Origin: Takakia lepidozioides
Taxonomy: Eukaryota > Plantae > Bryophyta
Length of the DNA: 64,000 bases
Direction: 5' to 3'
Assembly: GCA_030704615.1 (NCBI GenBank)
Contig: CM060734.1
Location: 744,001 to 808,000 of the forward strand
Under the pieces are notes generated by a model. That model was not told the origin of the DNA. It made no database searches and was given only the letters and a program-made list of their open reading frames with translations. Below, in pieces: positions 59,312 to 64,000 of this stretch (positions within the stretch are counted from its first letter, which is position 1; every line of letters starts with the position of its first letter). A program made the translations under genes and the position numbers.

Positions 59312-62300
59312 TTAGAGTTCAGTACGTGATCGTCCTTGGGATTGGCCTCATCATGGGGTCGGGCAAGCCAAAACGAAAGCGGAACGGCCCAAAAGATGAT
59401 GATCCTGGTGAGCCCGATGGGGGCGACGTGTCACCGAGGCGGCCGTTTGAGGAAGCGATGCATGATTCCGAAAACAAGGCCGCTCAAGAGCGGGAGGAAT
59501 CCGAGGAGTCGGAGCCCGAGGAATCCCTGAGAGCTCCGACCGACCAACAGATGCCTCCCATGCCGGCAGCCTTTTGGGAAGGGTTGTTGGCGCAGTTTGG
59601 CAGGACGCTGAAAGACGTGTTGAAGGCGGCTAATGCCACTTCCACTGAGGCAAAGTTTAAGGTGAAGCCTAAGGAACCCGGCACCTTCAAGGGCGTCCGA
59701 AATCGGAAGGCACTCAACACCTGGCTCCTGGAGCTAGAGCAGTACTTCCGGGTGGCCAAGTTGAGTGACGAGGATCGGGTGGAAGTGGCTCCCACCTATT
59801 TGAGGGGCTATGCTCAACAATGGTGGCAGAAACGCCTTCACGACCAAGGTCCAAGCCCGGAAACCTTGAACTGGAGTGGGTTCAAGGAATTGATGAAAAG
59901 ACAGTTTGTGCCCCTCAACGCGTCCTGGCTTGCCCGGGACAAGATGAGGAATTTGAAGCAAACAGATGACATTCGGGGATATGTCCAGGCTTTCAATGTG
60001 CTTTTGCTCGAAGTCGCGGACATGGCAGAACCAGAAATGGTCTTCAACTTTGTGGCGGGATTGGCCCCATGGGCCAGGCGGAAGTTGGAGGAGAAGCCAC
60101 CTAAGACTTTGAACGAGGCAATTGAGAGGGCTGAATGTTTCTCGGATGTCTCTAGGGGTGAAAGACAAGGCCATACGGAGCTGAACCACAAGAAGACCCG
60201 GCGGGAAGGTGACCCCTTCCGAACGGAAAAGAAGTGGGATAGACCACGCGGCGACAATGACACGTGGAAATCGAAGGGAGGGCCTTTACACGTCAAGGCG
60301 GTACCCGGTGCTTCGAAAGGAAAAGCGGGTGGAGCGGCTTATGGCGGACAGAAGACCACCTTTGATGGAGTGTGTTTCAATTGCGGGGAGCCCGGGCACA
60401 TGGCCAAGAAGTGCACAAAACCTTGACAATTGAACATGACTCGGGCAACCACGGAGCTGTCAGAAGATACCATCAGTCGCTTGGTGGAAGCGGTGGTCGC
60501 CAGGACTTGCAAGGTAGGCAACTATTCTTGTGAGTTGTATCAGGAAACTAGCGCCCTACGTAAAGGGAGTCAGTTATTGTTTGTGGATGGGATAATATCC
60601 GAAACTAATGTGTCGTTGTTGGTGGACACATGAGCGCCGCACTCCTTCATGACGCCGACGGCGGCGCAAAAGTTGGGACTTCCGACAAGTGACGTGGGGG
60701 CCTCTATTGAGGTGCATTCTGCCAAAGGAGAACCACAACTGGCGACAAGGTTGGCATTTGATGTTCCTCTTCAACTGGGGAGTTGGGAGGGACGTGAGAA
60801 TTTCACCATCTGCGAGATCGATGGAGTGGATCTCATTTTGGGGATGACCTTTTTGAGCAAATCCGGAGCGGTCATAGATGGTCGCAAGAGAGTAGTCACA
60901 CTGCCATGTGGGAATGGTGGTGAGGTCTTACGAGTGTCAGAAACGCCCAAACCCGTGGGAGGGCGAATAAGCCTTCTGTCAGCAAGGGAGTGGGCCGTGG
61001 AGGAGGCACATGAGCCCCAGTTTTTGCTCTACATTAGAGAAGTGAAGGGGGAAGGCGATGGGGAGCCGAGCCCAGATTGGATCAAGGGGATTTTGGAGAA
61101 ATACCAGGATGTGATGCCGGAGGATTTACCAAGCGGTTTGCCACCGCGAAGAGGAGTTGACCACAAGATTGAGGTGATACCGGGATCGGAACCGCCTGCC
61201 AAGGCGCCCTACCAGTTGAGCCACAGAGAGTTGGTCGAGCTGAAGACTCAGCTCAAAGATATAATGTCAAAGGGGTACATCCGGCCGAGTAAGTCACCTT
61301 ACGGAGCCCCGGTGCTATTTGCAGATAAAAAAGATGGGACGCTGCGGATGTGTGTCGATTACAGGGCTCTGAATAAGGTGACTATCAAAAACCGATACCC
61401 TTTGCCAAGGATCGACGACCTCTTCAATCGGTTGGTAGGAGCGAAGTATTTCAGCCGGATCGACTTGCGCTTCGGCTATCATCAAATTCGGGTGGCGGAA
61501 GGAGATGAGGAGAAGACCGCGTGCATGACAAGGTATGGTTCATATGAATTCTTGGTGATGCCTTTTGGGCTCACCAATGCACCAGCGACATTTAGCACGC
61601 TGATGAACAGCCTTTTTCAGGAGTGGTTGGATGGCTTTGTGATCGTGTACATCGACGACATCTTGGTGTACTCGAAAACGGAGGAGCACCTGGAGCCCCT
61701 GAAAAGGGTGTTCCAAAAATTGCGGGAAGGGAAGCTATACGCCAAAGCTTCAAAGTGCGAATTCGGGGTCACGAAAGTGGAGTTCTTGGGGCATGTGATT
61801 ACACAGGATGGGATCAAAATGGATGACAGAAAGGTGAGGGCGATCTTGGACTGGGAGCCTCCGACTTCGGTCCCGGGAGTGCGATCCTTCTTAGGACTCG
61901 CCTCCTATTACCGGAAGTATGTGAGAAATTTCGCCAAGATCGCGGGGCCGCTGTCGGACCTTCTGTGTAAATCCAAAGTCTGGGTATGAAACACCTTTTG
62001 TGGCCAAGCTTTTGCTGAATTGAAGCAGCGGATGGCGGAAGCTCCAGTCTTGAAAATCCCGGAGTTCGATCGTCCGTTCGAGATTCATACGGATGCGTCG
62101 GACTTCGCGATTGGGGGTGTACTTATGCAAGATGGACGTCCAGTGGCTTACGAAAGTAAGAAACTAAATGAAGTGGAGCGACAGTGGCCGACGCACGAAA
62201 AAGAGATGAAGGCGGTGGTGCATTGCCTTGAGCTTTGGCGCCACTATGTTGGTACCAACCCAATGAAGGTGTTCACGGACAATGTTACGGTGAAGTATTT

Positions 62301-63594
62301 TGCCACGCAGCCCAAGTTATCCCCAAAACAACTTAGGTGGCAAGATACTTTGGCAGTGTTTGACGTGGATATCGTACAAACCGGGACGTGACAATGTGGT
62401 GGCCGATGCTTTAAGTAGAAAGCAGCAGCTCATGTTGGTGTACAGGGGCGAGACGGCGCTCCAAAGGAAGATCCGGAAGGCTTGCCGGAAGGATGAGCTG
62501 GCGAAGTCCGTGATGCAGGACTTGAGGAGGGGGGTTAAATCGCAGTTCCACTTGCAAAATGGACTGCTCCGGTATAAGCAAAAGCATCTCTACGTGCCGA
62601 AGGGAGGGATCAGAGATAGTCTCTTGAGAGAATGCCATGATAGCCCGCTTGCGGGCCACGGCGGAGCCAAGCGCACTGCGGCACTCTTGAAGAAAGAGTA
62701 TTTCTGGCCCAAACTGAGGGAGGAGGCAGAGGAGTATGTCAAGACATGCATTACATGCCAACAAAATCGGAGCGAGTACAAAAATCAAGTGGGGCTATTA
62801 CAACCCTTGCCGATTCCAGAGGGGACTTGGGAAAACGTCTCGATGGATTTCATGACTGCTATGCCGCTGTCAAAAGGATTCGATTCAATCATGGTGGTGG
62901 TGGATAGGTTCAGTAAAATGGGCCATTTCATCCCCATCAAGGAGACGGCAACGGCACAGGAAACATGACGACTTTACTTCGCTCACGTCTTAAAGCATCA
63001 TGGAGTCCCGAAGGATATTGTCTCGGACCGCGATCCAAAGTTTACGAGTAAATTTTGGAGGGCACTTTGGAAGAAGATGGGGACGAGGCTGAAGATGAGC
63101 ACCGCCTTCCGACCTACGACCGACGGCCAAACGGAAAGAATGAATTCCGTAGTGAAGCAGATCTTGCGGAATTACGTGTCGGCAGACCAAACAGACTGGG
63201 TGGAACACTTAGACACGACAGAGTTCTGTTATAAGGGGGTTCGAGATGAACCCTTGCGCAAGGTGATGCCAAAAGCGGCATCATGAGCGATCGCAAGCAA
63301 TGTTGTTGCAGTAAGGCGATTCGATCCTCGGGGAGGATCGTTCCTTGGCCTTGAAGTAGGCCAATAAGAGTGCACTGGGAGGAGCTTGAGAGGCTCCATC
63401 CCTGGCCGAGACTTGGAGGAAGTCGGCCGAACTAGCTAGTGGAGAGTAGAGTCAAGTGTGGGGTTTGGTTCTTTGCCATGGGACGCCATGGTACGGAAAC
63501 AAACTCCTTGATGTGGGACGCCACAACTTGGATGTTCGTTTCTACAAAATGGACAAGTCGATGAGGACATCGACTCCCTGTTGGTAGGGGTGTG

Positions 63595-64000
63595 TGTCGC
63601 GGCCCTTTGCCTTGAGGGCAGGGGGTCGGGACACATGAGGGGCTGCCCCTGTGGTGGGGGCAGTGGCAGCAATAGATACGGGGGGCTGAAGCACCTTTGA
63701 GTGCCCAAGGCACTCAAGGAGGCGGAGGTGCTTACTAGGTGGAGCCCCGCACACCGGGATGCGGTGGGGGTGGCTTCACAAAGGGGTGGTGGCTTCATAA
63801 AGGGGTGGTGGTAGCTTAGCGGGACTTAGTGGGGGTGACATAGGACTCACCTTGGGGCGGAGACCTCGTGGTGGGAGTCGTGGGGAGTCTTGGGACTCAT
63901 CACGGTCCATAGGGGCCGTGGTGGATGGGCCAAGACTCACCGCGACTCATCACCGGGAGTCGAGGGTTTTCGTGGTGGTTCGCCATAAATGGCATGGTTG
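63595..64000 (+). repeat. 3' LTR (runs off the window), preceded by a short purine tract
   Basis: Near-identical to the 5' LTR from 58572, with an extra ~20-bp duplication at ~63790-63810. GGTAGGGG at 63583-63590. Confidence 0.95.

Larger units (their letters stand above)
58572..64000 (+). mobile_element. Ty3/gypsy LTR retrotransposon, Galadriel-like chromovirus lineage, decayed; integrase C-terminus deleted
   Basis: Gag 59353-60426 (CFNCGEPGHMAKKC). PR (LLVDT*APHSF), RT ([13 protein letters not shown]), RH (HTDAS, THEKEM), INT (AGHGG, CITC, SMDF, SDRD, DGQTER). Stops at 60631, 61987 and 62966; frameshift at ~62380. Confidence 0.95.

Overview
Eukaryotic, non-seed land-plant-like nuclear DNA (taxon not determinable from this window). 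It holds three apparently intact host genes: a 4-exon phenylalanine ammonia-lyase (5690-8511 +), an intronless mitochondrial PAM18/TIM14 J-protein (13939-14277 -) and an intronless ARM-repeat protein (45394-47322 +). The rest is decayed PLS/DYW PPR genes, stray gene fragments and a dense, nested transposon landscape: an L1-like LINE, a MULE/SWIM transposase, four Ty3/gypsy-type elements, and two non-autonomous TIR elements with verifiable target-site duplications. Two elements stand out. (1) A broken minus-strand LINE (53450-58571). After removing a nested TIR element and re-inverting its RT core, it reads APE endonuclease - RT - chromodomain with intact aromatic cage - PCIF1/CAPAM-like N6-adenine methyltransferase-like domain. 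(2) A Naiad/Chlamys-type Penelope-like retroelement (37259-41266) ending in two hairpins and a (CT)n tract, followed by a duplicated flank. All domain calls are by-eye motif recognition and need HMM or structure confirmation.
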